Sequence record: DRR723986_4124
Direction: 5' to 3' (one strand)
DNA: 46,106 nt
The notes beneath the pieces are model-generated. The model was not told the origin of the DNA. It worked only from the letters and a program-made list of their open reading frames with translations, and did not search any database. Every line of letters starts with the position of its first letter. Positions within the stretch are counted from its first letter, which is position 1. Below are positions 8,660 through 17,940 of the stretch, one piece after another. A program made the translations under genes and the position numbers.

Positions 8660-10072
8660 ATGACGCCACTGGATAGAAGGCAGTTCCTGCGTAATACCGT
8701 TGCGCTAAGCGCGGCTACAGCCCTTGGGGCCGGCCAGGCCCGGGGCCAGTTCAACCCGGATTATGATGTGATAGTCGTGGGCGCCGGCATGGCGGGGCTC
8801 ACCGCAGCCCGGGCCCTGGCGCGCAAGGATTACAAGGTTTTGGTACTGGAGGCCCGTGACCGGGTCGGTGGCCGCATCTACACCGCCGATGATGAGCTCA
8901 CATTCCACGGAGTGGAACTGGGTGCGCAGTTTATCCACGGCTCCCAGGCGCCGACCTGGGACCTGATTCGGGAGTTTGGTATCGAGACCATGCCCCGTGA
9001 GGAACTGGGGACAGCCAGGTACCGGGTGTTTTCGCCAGGCCAGACCAACCAGGTTGCGGACGAGGCGCGGATAGCGTCCACGCTGGCCGATGTGCGTGCA
9101 CGCTATACCGCCCCTGCCGGCGCCGGTGTTTCCTACCAGGCCTGGGCTGACGAGCAGGGTCTGGGCGCCTTCGCTCAGGCCGTCGTCACTGCCGATGCCC
9201 TGGGCTGGTCCGCCGAGCCCGACAGGATGAGCGTTGAGGCGGCGATCGAGGACGGTATCGCCTGGGATGACTACCACGATACAGACCATATTGTGCTGGG
9301 CGGCTATCGTCGGGTGCTGGATCGGTTCCAGGCTGATCTCAAGGGCAAGATACGACTCGACGCCGCAGTCAGTGAGTTGGTCTGGGCGGAAGGCCTTGTC
9401 GGGGTTTATTACAACGACCGTGGCGCTACCAGTTCGGTGACCGCCCGCAGTATCGTCATAACCCTGCCAATTGGCGTCCTGCAAAGCGACACGCTTTCAA
9501 TAACCCCGCCACTGCTGCCCTGGAAACAGGAAGCAATAGCGTCCTTTGAAATGGGCCAGGTGGTTGTCGTGCCAATGACCTTCAAGGAAGCTTTCTGGCG
9601 TGGTCGGATCGACGAACCCGGTGGCTGGCTCGGCGACGACAGCCGTATCGTCTTCACTGTCCCACACAATGCGCAGCGCGGCGGTAATGCTATTGCCGGC
9701 TGGTTTTCCGGCACAGCGGCCAGGCGCTTGAGTGAGCTTGGACCCAGGGAGGGCATGGCCCAGGTCCTGGCCTGGCTGGAGCAGGCCAGTGGGGTCGACA
9801 AGCTGGCGGAGAAGCTGGAATGGCACCGCTTCCAGGATTGGGTCGCGGACCCCTATAGCCGCGGTTCTTATTCATTCCCCCGTCCCGGCGGCAGCGGCAA
9901 GCGCGAAGCGCTGCAGCGACCGATGTCCAATACCCTGTTCTTTGCCGGCGAGGCGACCGCCGACGCGCCCCATTACCAGACGGTGCATGGAGCCTATTCC
10001 AGTGGTCTGCGGGTTGCCGGGGAAGTCATAAGCGCGCTGGGTGTGAGCAGGCCCGAAGAAGAGCCCGCCTAG
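8660..10072 (+). CDS. Tat-exported flavin monoamine oxidase-family protein
   Basis: Twin-arginine signal DRRQFL; VVGAGMAGL (GxGxxG), LEARDRVGGR, ELGAQFIHG, DPYSRGSYS, LFFAGEAT, TVHGAYSSG. Start placed at ATG 8660. Confidence 0.92.
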   Translation: MTPLDRRQFLRNTVALSAATALGAGQARGQFNPDYDVIVVGAGMAGLTAARALARKDYKVLVLEARDRVGGRIYTADDELTFHGVELGAQFIHGSQAPTWDLIREFGIETMPREELGTARYRVFSPGQTNQVADEARIASTLADVRARYTAPAGAGVSYQAWADEQGLGAFAQAVVTADALGWSAEPDRMSVEAAIEDGIAWDDYHDTDHIVLGGYRRVLDRFQADLKGKIRLDAAVSELVWAEGLVGVYYNDRGATSSVTARSIVITLPIGVLQSDTLSITPPLLPWKQEAIASFEMGQVVVVPMTFKEAFWRGRIDEPGGWLGDDSRIVFTVPHNAQRGGNAIAGWFSGTAARRLSELGPREGMAQVLAWLEQASGVDKLAEKLEWHRFQDWVADPYSRGSYSFPRPGGSGKREALQRPMSNTLFFAGEATADAPHYQTVHGAYSSGLRVAGEVISALGVSRPEEEPA

Positions 10073-11370
10073 TTTTGTTCGAGGCCCTGCGCCCGCGCCA
10101 GGTCGGCGGGTAGGCGGCGGGCCGCAAGGAAAAACATCAGCATTGCCGCGGTGCCCACCAGGGCAGTGACCAGCATGGCATAGCGCAAGTTCTGGTCACC
10201 GAAGGTGGGTTGGAACAGGTCGCTTAGCATCCCTGTGATCAACGGCCCCAGGCCCAGGCCAATCATATTGAGAACGAAAAACAGTACTGCGGAGGTGATG
10301 GCCCGCATTGCCGGCGGCACCAGAGCGTGGGAGATAGCGATGGACGGCCCCAGGTACAGCGCCGTAACCAGGTTGACGAAGACCAGGGTAGCGAGAATGC
10401 CCACCGTGCTGTCACCGAGCAGCACATAGAAATACGGAAAGAAACCTGCCGCGCCGCCCAGTAGCGGCACCCAGAGATACCAGCGCTTGTCCTCACTGCC
10501 CAGCCGGTCCGCCAGGTAGCCGCCGAGAAATGTCCCGACCGCTCCGGTGATTCCGGATACCAATGCCAGCACCACGCCAACCTCGGACAGGCTCATACCG
10601 TGGTTGCGGATCAGGAACGATGGGAAGAAATTGCCGTTTCCGTAGGACACGTAAGCGGTAAGGGCGCAGCCCAGGGCGATGTACCAGAAGGACGGGCGCT
10701 GGCGCAGCAGGGCCATGGTTTCCCTCATGCTGGGCTTGTCCGTGGTAGCACTGGCCTTGTCCCAGCGACCCCTTCGCGGTTCCTTTACCGTCAGCCGCAG
10801 GAAGGCGGCAAACAGGACCCCGGGTATGCCGACGACAAGAAAAGCCATCCGCCAGCCAAAGGCGTCCGCGATGACGCCGCCGAAGGCAAAGCCAAAAAGG
10901 ATGCCGATGTAGATGCCCATGGAATAGAACGACAGCGCCGTGCCTCGCTGCTCGGGTGGATAGTAGTCACTGATCATGGAGTGAGCCGGCGGGCTGCCTC
11001 CCGCTTCTCCGAGGCCGACACCCAGACGGGCCAGCAGTAGCTGCGTGTAATTCTGGACAAAACCCGACAGCGCCGTCATGCCGCTCCATACTGCCAGGGC
11101 CAGGGAGACAATGTTCCGGCGATTGCCGCGATCAGCCCAGTAGGCGATAGGGATGCCGGCGGTGACGTAGACCACTGCGAAGGTGAAGCCGCTCAGTAGC
11201 CCCAGCTGGGTATCGCTGAGGCCCATGTCCGCCTTGATCGGCTCCTGGAGGATCACCAGGATCTGGCGGTCGATAAAGTTGAAGGCGTAGACGATGGTCA
11301 GCATGACCAGCACAAAGCGCTTGTAGCCGGTCGAATACTCGCTGTCCTGGGGTTGCCCGGGTGAACTCAA
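10069..11370 (-). CDS. MFS transporter, spinster family
   Basis: FNFIDRQ, ADRGNRR (motif A), R..VG.GEAG..PP, a 12-TM hydrophobic pattern, and AGGGAG before the TTG start. Confidence 0.92.
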   Translation of the reverse strand: MSSPGQPQDSEYSTGYKRFVLVMLTIVYAFNFIDRQILVILQEPIKADMGLSDTQLGLLSGFTFAVVYVTAGIPIAYWADRGNRRNIVSLALAVWSGMTALSGFVQNYTQLLLARLGVGLGEAGGSPPAHSMISDYYPPEQRGTALSFYSMGIYIGILFGFAFGGVIADAFGWRMAFLVVGIPGVLFAAFLRLTVKEPRRGRWDKASATTDKPSMRETMALLRQRPSFWYIALGCALTAYVSYGNGNFFPSFLIRNHGMSLSEVGVVLALVSGITGAVGTFLGGYLADRLGSEDKRWYLWVPLLGGAAGFFPYFYVLLGDSTVGILATLVFVNLVTALYLGPSIAISHALVPPAMRAITSAVLFFVLNMIGLGLGPLITGMLSDLFQPTFGDQNLRYAMLVTALVGTAAMLMFFLAARRLPADLARAQGLEQN

Positions 11371-11422
11371 GGGTCGCGCTCCCTGTTGTTATTAGTATCA
11401 GGCGACCCGCATCAGCTTTTGA

Positions 11423-12436
11423 TCAGAGCACCAACTCTGCCATATCGCGCAGCAGATTGACATCGCCGCTGATCAGCAGGGAGGTAACCGGCGAGTTCTC
11501 CCAGTCTTTGAGTTTTTCCTTGATCCGGTCCTTCGGCCCGCACAGGGAGATTTCGTCGGCGAACTGGCTGGGCACAGCGGCGATGGCCTCATCGCGTTTC
11601 CCGGCAAAGAACAGTTCCTGGATTTGCTCGGCCTCGTCGGGAAAGCCCATCCTGGCCATCAGTTCCTTGTGAAAATTCCGCGCCTTGGAGCCCATGCCAC
11701 CGATGTAGAAACCGAGCATGGCTTTCACCGGATACAGGGCTTCCTCCACATCGTCATGAATATTGACCATGACCAGCGGCGCGACTTCAAAGCCGGCCTT
11801 GGCCCCGGCCAGCTGGTCGGCATAGACCTCCTGACGATACGGTGAGTAGTACAGCGGCAGCCAGCCATCGGCGATTTCGGCGGTCTGGGTGACATTGCGC
11901 GGTCCTTCGGCACCGATAAAAATTGGCAGGTCGGCGCGCAGCGGGTGCACGATCGGCTTCAGCGGCTTACCCATGCCCCAGGCCCCGGGCCCGTTATAGG
12001 GCAGGGGATAGAACTCACCGTCATTCGTCACCGGAGCCTCGCGCGCCAGTACCTGGCGGATGATGTTCACGTACTCCCGGGTGCGGGTAACCGGCTTGCT
12101 GTAGGGCTGGCCATACCAGCCCTCGACGACTTGAGGGCCGGATACGCCAAGGCCGAGAATCATGCGCCCGCCGGACAGGTGGTCCAGGGCAAGGGCGGCC
12201 ATTGCACAGGCAGTGGGCGTGCGGGCAGAGAGCTGGGCTACCGCGGTACCAAGGCGGATCTTTGAGGTCTGTGCCCCAATCCAGGCCAGCGGAGTAAAGC
12301 AGTCATTGCCCCAGGATTCGGCAACCCAGACCGAGTCGTAACCCAGTCGTTCCGCCTCCTGGGCCATGCCAACGTGGTTGGGGTTGGGCTGTGCGCCCCA
12401 GTAACCGAGCTGCACGCCGAGCGAGAGTTTTGCCAT
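11423..12436 (-). CDS. LLM-class flavin/F420-dependent oxidoreductase (Rv3520c-like)
   Basis: QLGYWG, AERLGYDSVWVAESWG, LDHLSGGRMILGLGVSGPQVVEGW, AEIADGW. True start is ATG 12436 with a GGAG RBS; the longer ORF in the track is an in-frame extension antisense to moaC. Confidence 0.9.
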   Translation of the reverse strand: MAKLSLGVQLGYWGAQPNPNHVGMAQEAERLGYDSVWVAESWGNDCFTPLAWIGAQTSKIRLGTAVAQLSARTPTACAMAALALDHLSGGRMILGLGVSGPQVVEGWYGQPYSKPVTRTREYVNIIRQVLAREAPVTNDGEFYPLPYNGPGAWGMGKPLKPIVHPLRADLPIFIGAEGPRNVTQTAEIADGWLPLYYSPYRQEVYADQLAGAKAGFEVAPLVMVNIHDDVEEALYPVKAMLGFYIGGMGSKARNFHKELMARMGFPDEAEQIQELFFAGKRDEAIAAVPSQFADEISLCGPKDRIKEKLKDWENSPVTSLLISGDVNLLRDMAELVL

Positions 12437-12539
12437 GATTGTCTCCACCAGATTCCAGGGTCCATAAATGTACGTCATAGAGCGGACTTGAGAACAGTGC
12501 GCAGTGGCCATATTTAGCTGACAACTCCGCTCAGGCTGT

Positions 12540-12568
12540 TTGGCAGGCAGGGCCCCATTGGATAGACT
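12540..12568 (+). promoter_or_regulatory. Putative sigma70 promoter for moaCDE
   Basis: TTGGCA-17 nt-TAGACT, 27 nt upstream of moaC. Confidence 0.5.
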
Positions 12569-12595
12569 GCGCGCTCCGGTCACAGGCACGGCAGC

Positions 12596-13093
12596 ATGGC
12601 AGAGCTCACCCACATCGATGAACGCGGTAACGCCCACATGGTGGATGTCGGCAACAAGCAGCCCACCCGGCGCGAGGCCGTGGCCATGGCCCGGGTACAG
12701 ATGCAGCCTGCGACACTGGAGCTGCTGCGCAGCGGTGGCCATAGCAAGGGCGATGTGCTGGCGGTAGCCCGTATTGCCGGCATCCAGGCGGCAAAAAAAA
12801 CCTCGGATATCATCCCCCTGTGCCATCCGCTCATGCTGGAGTCGGTGGAGGTCAGTTTCGAGCTCGACGAGGGGCTTCCCGGCGTGCTGGTGACGGCGAG
12901 CTGTCGCCTGACCGGTAAGACAGGCGTCGAGATGGAAGCGCTTACGGCAGCGGCAGCGGCGGCACTCACGATTTACGATATGTGCAAGGCGGTTGACCGG
13001 GGCATGGAGGTTCTTAACCTGGGCCTCGCGGAAAAGCGCGGTGGCAAGTCCGGCACCTGGCAACGCGCGGGTGAGGATGGCGTGACATGTTGA
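12596..13093 (+). CDS. moaC: Cyclic pyranopterin monophosphate synthase MoaC
   Basis: [60 protein letters not shown]. Confidence 0.98.
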   Translation: MAELTHIDERGNAHMVDVGNKQPTRREAVAMARVQMQPATLELLRSGGHSKGDVLAVARIAGIQAAKKTSDIIPLCHPLMLESVEVSFELDEGLPGVLVTASCRLTGKTGVEMEALTAAAAAALTIYDMCKAVDRGMEVLNLGLAEKRGGKSGTWQRAGEDGVTC

Positions 13094-13335
13094 GAGTGCT
13101 GTTTTTCGCACGCTTGCGGGAACAACTGGGCTGCGGCGAACTGGAACTCGACCCGGCCGGCCTGGCCACCCTGGAGCAGTTGAAAGAGATGCTGGCGGGG
13201 CGGGGCGCAGAATGGCGCGAAGCGCTGGCAGAACCGAACCTGATCCAGGCCATCAACCAGCAGGTGGTGAGCGGCAATCCAGCGCTCGAGGCGGGGGATG
13301 AAGTTGCTTTCTATCCTCCGGTGACCGGTGGCTGA
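13087..13335 (+). CDS. moaD: Molybdopterin synthase sulfur carrier MoaD
   Basis: VLFFA.LRE; C-terminal [12 protein letters not shown]. Confidence 0.97.
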   Translation: MLRVLFFARLREQLGCGELELDPAGLATLEQLKEMLAGRGAEWREALAEPNLIQAINQQVVSGNPALEAGDEVAFYPPVTGG

Positions 13336-13801
13336 GCCATCGAAGCTCACAGTGGCGGTTCAGGCCGAATCGTTTGATCCCGGGCAGTTACAGGCTCAGT
13401 TGCAGCAGGGCCACGCCCACGGCGCAATCGCCACCTTCACCGGCTACGTGCGCGGCAGCAGTGAAGGCCAGGTCGTTACCGGTATCCACCTGGAACACTA
13501 CCCCGGAATGACCGAGCGCTCGATCCTGGACACCCTGGAAGAGGCGGCGCGCCGCTGGCCAGTACTCAGCGCCCGGGTAGTGCACAGAATTGGCGACCTC
13601 GGTCTGGCAGAGCCGATTGTCTGGGTCGGCGTTAGTGCAGCGCACCGGGCAGCGGCCTTCAGCGCCTGTGAATTCACGATGGATTATCTGAAGACCAGGG
13701 CGCCGTTCTGGAAGAAAGAAACCGGGCCTGAGGGCAGTCGCTGGGTCGAGGCGCGGTCCACGGATACGGAACGGGCCGCGCGCTGGGCGCAGCAGGCATA
13801 A
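13328..13801 (+). CDS. moaE: Molybdopterin synthase catalytic subunit MoaE
   Basis: GAIATFTG.VR, LEHYPGMT, HRIG.L, MDYLKTRAPFWKKE. Confidence 0.97.
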   Translation: MAEPSKLTVAVQAESFDPGQLQAQLQQGHAHGAIATFTGYVRGSSEGQVVTGIHLEHYPGMTERSILDTLEEAARRWPVLSARVVHRIGDLGLAEPIVWVGVSAAHRAAAFSACEFTMDYLKTRAPFWKKETGPEGSRWVEARSTDTERAARWAQQA

Positions 13802-13880
13802 CCCGAACAGGTGATGCGGGCGGGTCGCCGCACTGGCCAGACTGCGCCCCTTTGCAAATTATCGACAATTGGAGAACAAC

Positions 13881-14354
13881 ATGGCACTGGATGGACGTGA
13901 ATTCAGGGATGCACTGGGCCGCTTTGCGACGGGTGTCTGCCTTATCACGACAACAACGGCTGACGGCCGGGCGCTGGCGTTGACCGCCAATTCCTTTGCC
14001 TCTGTGTCGCTCGACCCGCCGCTGGTGTTGTGGAGCCTGCAAAACAATTCTGACGTCTACAGTGAGTACGCAACGCCAGAAGCCTATGCGATCAACGTGC
14101 TGAGTACGGAGCAGGAAGCGCTATCGGGCAGTTATGCTCGGAAAGGCCAGCACGAACTTGATCCCGCGCACTTCACTCCCGGCGTGCATGGCGCACCGGT
14201 GATCAACGGCGCCCTGGCCAGCTTCGAATGCCGCTTGCACGCCACCCATGACGGGGGCGACCACCTGATAATTGTCGGTGAGGTGCTGCAGATGCAGATG
14301 CAGGCGGGCGAACCCCTGCTGTTTTTCAGCGGTGCTTACCGCGCCCTGGCCTGA
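13881..14354 (+). CDS. Flavin reductase family protein
   Basis: FRDALGRFATGV, TANSFASVSLDPPLV, GGDHLIIVGEV; GGAG RBS before ATG 13881. Confidence 0.93.
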   Translation: MALDGREFRDALGRFATGVCLITTTTADGRALALTANSFASVSLDPPLVLWSLQNNSDVYSEYATPEAYAINVLSTEQEALSGSYARKGQHELDPAHFTPGVHGAPVINGALASFECRLHATHDGGDHLIIVGEVLQMQMQAGEPLLFFSGAYRALA

Positions 14355-14416
14355 GTCACTCGCGAGGCGACCGGGCATTGCCTATAATGCGCTCTTCCTG
14401 ACCGGCCGGCCCGTTT

Positions 14417-14962
14417 ATGAATTTCTGTACCAGTTGTGGCAGCAGTGTTGCGCTTCGCATTCCCGAGGGAGATGACCGGGAGCGTTTCGTGTGTACCAGC
14501 TGCGAGCTCATTCACTACAGTAACCCGCGAGTTATCGTTGGCTGCGTACCGAGTTATGAAGGGCGCGTGCTGCTGTGCAAGCGCGCCATTGAACCGCGCA
14601 AGAACTTCTGGACCCTGCCTGCTGGTTTTATGGAAAACGGCGAGACCACCCCGGAGGGGGCGGCCAGGGAAACCTGGGAGGAGGCGAGGGCGAAGGTCTC
14701 CGGGCTCCAGCTCTACCGCATTTTCGATGTCCCCTATATCAGCCAGGTCTACATGTTTTATCGCTGCGAGCTTGATCGCGGTGAGTACGGCGTCGGGCCT
14801 GAGAGTCTGGAGACCGACCTTTACCGGGAGCAGGACATCCCCTGGGACCAGATTGCCTTTCCGGTAGTGCACGAGACCCTGGAGGAGTATTTCGCTGATG
14901 TGCGCCGGGATCATTTCCCGGTGCGCGTTTCCACGATAGAGAGAAAGTCCTGGAAGCGATGA
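14417..14962 (+). CDS. Nudix hydrolase with N-terminal zinc ribbon
   Basis: FCTSCG...CTSC zinc ribbon; Nudix box GFMENGETTPEGAARETWEEA; TATAAT at 14383-14388 upstream. Confidence 0.93.
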   Translation: MNFCTSCGSSVALRIPEGDDRERFVCTSCELIHYSNPRVIVGCVPSYEGRVLLCKRAIEPRKNFWTLPAGFMENGETTPEGAARETWEEARAKVSGLQLYRIFDVPYISQVYMFYRCELDRGEYGVGPESLETDLYREQDIPWDQIAFPVVHETLEEYFADVRRDHFPVRVSTIERKSWKR

Positions 14963-15044
14963 TCCGCCGCGGCCTGACGCGCATATCAATCCCCGTGGGC
15001 AGCGCGCTGTCCGCCTGAGCAAACCGACACGACAGGAAGCGACT

Positions 15045-15527
15045 ATGGCATTTCCAAAAGTGGGCAATATGGCCCCGGCATTCACCCTTCTGGACCAGGA
15101 CGGCAAGAAGGTCAGCCTGAAGGATTTCAAGGGCAAGAAGAATGTGGTGCTGTATTTCTACCCGAAAGCAATGACCCCCGGATGTACGGTCCAGGCCTGC
15201 GGTATCCGAGACAGCAAAAAAGCGCTGGCGAAGCTCGATACCGTGGTGCTGGGCGTAAGCCCCGATCCGGTGGCCCGGCTTGGCAAGTTCATCGAAAAAC
15301 AGGACCTCAACTTCACCTTGCTGTCTGATGAAGATCACGCCATTACCGAGAAGTACGGTGCCTGGGGCCTGAAAAAGTTCATGGGACGGGAGTTCATGGG
15401 TGTCCTGCGAAGCTCGTTTATCATCGGCAAGGACGGCCGACTGAAGCATGTCATGGATACGGTGAAGACCAAGACCCATCATGACGACGTGCTTGCACTG
15501 ATCAAAGAGCTCGGCCTCCAGGGCTGA
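15045..15527 (+). CDS. bcp: Thioredoxin-dependent thiol peroxidase Bcp
   Basis: VLYFYPKAMTPGCTVQAC peroxiredoxin Q/BCP motif. Confidence 0.96.
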   Translation: MAFPKVGNMAPAFTLLDQDGKKVSLKDFKGKKNVVLYFYPKAMTPGCTVQACGIRDSKKALAKLDTVVLGVSPDPVARLGKFIEKQDLNFTLLSDEDHAITEKYGAWGLKKFMGREFMGVLRSSFIIGKDGRLKHVMDTVKTKTHHDDVLALIKELGLQG

Positions 15528-15597
15528 TCTGTACAATCGCCGCCCGACTCCCGGGCGGCAGCTTCCGGCTCTTCCCTCACCACCCTCGCGGCGCTAA

Positions 15598-15613
15598 ACT
15601 AATGCCTATTAGT
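15598..15613. promoter_or_regulatory. Palindromic operator candidate upstream of the P450 gene
   Basis: ACTAAT-GCCT-ATTAGT, a perfect 6-bp inverted repeat that is AT-rich in a GC-rich context, about 40 nt before the start codon. Confidence 0.5.
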
Positions 15614-15653
15614 CAATAGCAAGCAGCCATACTGGCTGCGCGGAGCAGCAGTG

Positions 15654-16889
15654 ATGAGCCAGTGTCCCCATATCGACCTTACCCGGCCGGAAACCTTTGT
15701 CGGTGGCCAGCCACGGGAAATGTTCCGCTATCTGCGTGACGAGGCTCCGGTGTTCTGGCACGAGGACCCGGAGCAGGGTGTGGGCTTCTGGGCCGTCACC
15801 CGCCGTGAGGATCTGGATTACATCTCCAAGAACCCGCAGCTGTTCTCGTCCGAAGCGCGCACCTGCATGCTGCATGAGCCCGAAAATGAGGAAATGTTGC
15901 AGCTGATGCGCACCCAGATCATCAACATGGATCCGCCACGGCACCTGAAATACCGTCGCCTGGTGCGATCGGCGTTCACACCGCGCAAGGTCGACTCCTA
16001 CGAGGCGCGATTCCGGCAGATAGCCCGCGAGATTGTCGATCGGGCGGTGGCAGGGGGTTCTTGCGAATTCGTTGAAGATATTGCCGCAGAGCTGCCACTC
16101 ATCGCCATTTGCGAATTAATGGGTGTTCCCCTGGATAAGCGGCACCGCCTGTTCGAACTCACCAACATCATGCTCGGCATGGACGATCCGGAGCTATCTA
16201 CGTCACGCGAAGACGGCACCAATGCCATGGCGGAAATGTTCATGATGGGCATGGAGATCGCCGCTGCTCACAGGGCCCGCCCGGAAGACGATATCGTCAA
16301 CATCCTGCTGACCGGTACGGTGGAGGATGAACCCCTATCGGAGGAGGATTTCTGTCATTTCTTCCTTCTGCTGATCGTGGCCGGTAACGAGACTACCCGT
16401 ACAGTTACCAGCCAGGGGATGCGCCTGTTGCTGGAGCATCCCGAGCAGTACCAGATGCTGGTGGAACAGCCAGAACTCATCGAGGGTGCGATCGAGGAAT
16501 TTCTGCGCTTTAGCCCTGCGGTGATCGCGTTCCGGCGCACGGCCATGGAAGACTGTGTCCTGCAGGGTCAGCAGATACGGGCCGGGGACAAGATCCAGCT
16601 CTATTACGGCGCTGCGAGTGCCGACGAGCGCGTATTTGAGCAGCCAGATGAGTTCGACGTTACCCGTAACCAGCGCCAGGATCTGCGCAATGAACACCGC
16701 GCTTTCGGTGTTGGCCAGCATTTTTGCATGGGCTCCCATTTGGCCCGGCTAGAACTTCGGGTCATTTTCGAGGAAATCCTGCGCCAGATTCGCAATCCGC
16801 GCCTTGAGGGAGAAATCAGCTGGCTGCGTTCAAATTTCATCAACGGCATCAAGAAAATGCCAATCACCTTCGATGTAGCCGAGGGCTGA
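15654..16889 (+). CDS. Cytochrome P450 (CYP125/CYP124-like)
   Basis: FWAVTR, MDPPRH, I-helix AGNETT, EFLR (ExxR), heme-ligand motif FGVGQHFCMG. Confidence 0.96.
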   Translation: MSQCPHIDLTRPETFVGGQPREMFRYLRDEAPVFWHEDPEQGVGFWAVTRREDLDYISKNPQLFSSEARTCMLHEPENEEMLQLMRTQIINMDPPRHLKYRRLVRSAFTPRKVDSYEARFRQIAREIVDRAVAGGSCEFVEDIAAELPLIAICELMGVPLDKRHRLFELTNIMLGMDDPELSTSREDGTNAMAEMFMMGMEIAAAHRARPEDDIVNILLTGTVEDEPLSEEDFCHFFLLLIVAGNETTRTVTSQGMRLLLEHPEQYQMLVEQPELIEGAIEEFLRFSPAVIAFRRTAMEDCVLQGQQIRAGDKIQLYYGAASADERVFEQPDEFDVTRNQRQDLRNEHRAFGVGQHFCMGSHLARLELRVIFEEILRQIRNPRLEGEISWLRSNFINGIKKMPITFDVAEG

Positions 16890-16900
16890 CCTGCCTGCCA

Positions 16901-16921
16901 GGCCCGGGCGCAGCCCGGGCC
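16901..16921 (+). terminator. GC-rich hairpin after the P450 gene (no U-tract; terminator or stability element)
   Basis: Perfect 9-bp stem GGCCCGGGC-GCA-GCCCGGGCC. Confidence 0.4.
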
Positions 16922-17067
16922 ATCGCCGACGCTTTGCGCCGGTTCATGCATTTGTGCCCCGACCGGAAACTTGGGCCTTGAGCCCCCCGTCCGCTTGGCG
17001 TGGCGCCTGCTTGACCGGAGAATGGTCCGCTCATTCCTAATCCGATAATCCAAACAGGGGAACCGCC

Positions 17068-17940
17068 ATGCCCATGCCCACCGACATCGGTGTCATAGAC
17101 CTGATGCTCGCCGTCCCAGGCGATGACAACAGCCACTTCTACGAGTGGATCAAACCGATGCTTATGGACAAGCAGAGCCATGAGATGTTCAAGATGCCTG
17201 CGCAGTACATGTTCAAGGACATTCCTGAAACGCCCAAGCAGGACGATTATATTGCCTACACGCTGGACCAGATGGACAAGCACGGGATCGAGCGGGCGAT
17301 GATCGGGGTGGGCAAGTTCAGCACCGCCCAGACGGAAGCCCTGCGCAAGCATCCCGATCGCTTTTTCGCCTGCTACGAGGCAAACGCCAACAACGGTATG
17401 GACGAGGTGCGCACCATTGTTGCGATGAAGGAGGAGTTCGATATCAAGGCCGTGACCGCCTCGCCGTCGATGATCTGCCCGCCGGTGCCGGTAAACGACA
17501 AGAAGTGGTACCCGATCTACGCCAAGCTGGTGGAGCTGGATATTCCTTTCTGCCCCTGTATGGGCATTCCGGGCCCCAGAGTCCCGTTTGGCCCGCAGAA
17601 GGTTGAACTGCTGGATGAAGTGCTCTGGTTCTTCCCCGAATTGCGTATTGTCACCCGGCATGGCTGTGAACCGTGGACGGACGTGGCTTGGAAGCTCATG
17701 CTCAAGTACCCGAATCTCCATTACATGACCAGCGCATTTGCGCCCAAGCACTACCCCAAGGATATCGTCCACTTTGCCAACACGCGCGGCAGTGACCAGG
17801 TGATGTATGCGGGCTACTTCCCGATGGGGCTGTCCCTGGACCGGATATTCTCGGAGATGCCCGACGTGCCGTTCCGCGACGAGGTGTGGCCAAAATTCCT
17901 GCGCGAGAACGCTATTCGCGTATTCAAACTGGATCAGTAA
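17068..17940 (+). CDS. Amidohydrolase_2-family protein
   Basis: MDKHGIERA, YPIYAKLVELDIP, FPELRIVTRHG.EPW, KYPNLHYMTSAFAP, KFLRENA.RVF. Confidence 0.88.
   Translation: MPMPTDIGVIDLMLAVPGDDNSHFYEWIKPMLMDKQSHEMFKMPAQYMFKDIPETPKQDDYIAYTLDQMDKHGIERAMIGVGKFSTAQTEALRKHPDRFFACYEANANNGMDEVRTIVAMKEEFDIKAVTASPSMICPPVPVNDKKWYPIYAKLVELDIPFCPCMGIPGPRVPFGPQKVELLDEVLWFFPELRIVTRHGCEPWTDVAWKLMLKYPNLHYMTSAFAPKHYPKDIVHFANTRGSDQVMYAGYFPMGLSLDRIFSEMPDVPFRDEVWPKFLRENAIRVFKLDQ

Noticed and set aside
12437..13111. 562-aa version of the LLM gene
   Set aside because: The extension is antisense to moaC; the real start with an RBS is at 12436.
1..15581. Integrative element at tRNA-Ser
   Set aside because: No integrase or transposase is present. 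The only echo of the tRNA 3' end I saw is a 9-nt match (TCCCTCACC, 15573-15581), which is at chance level. The adjacent genes look accessory but no att sites can be defined.
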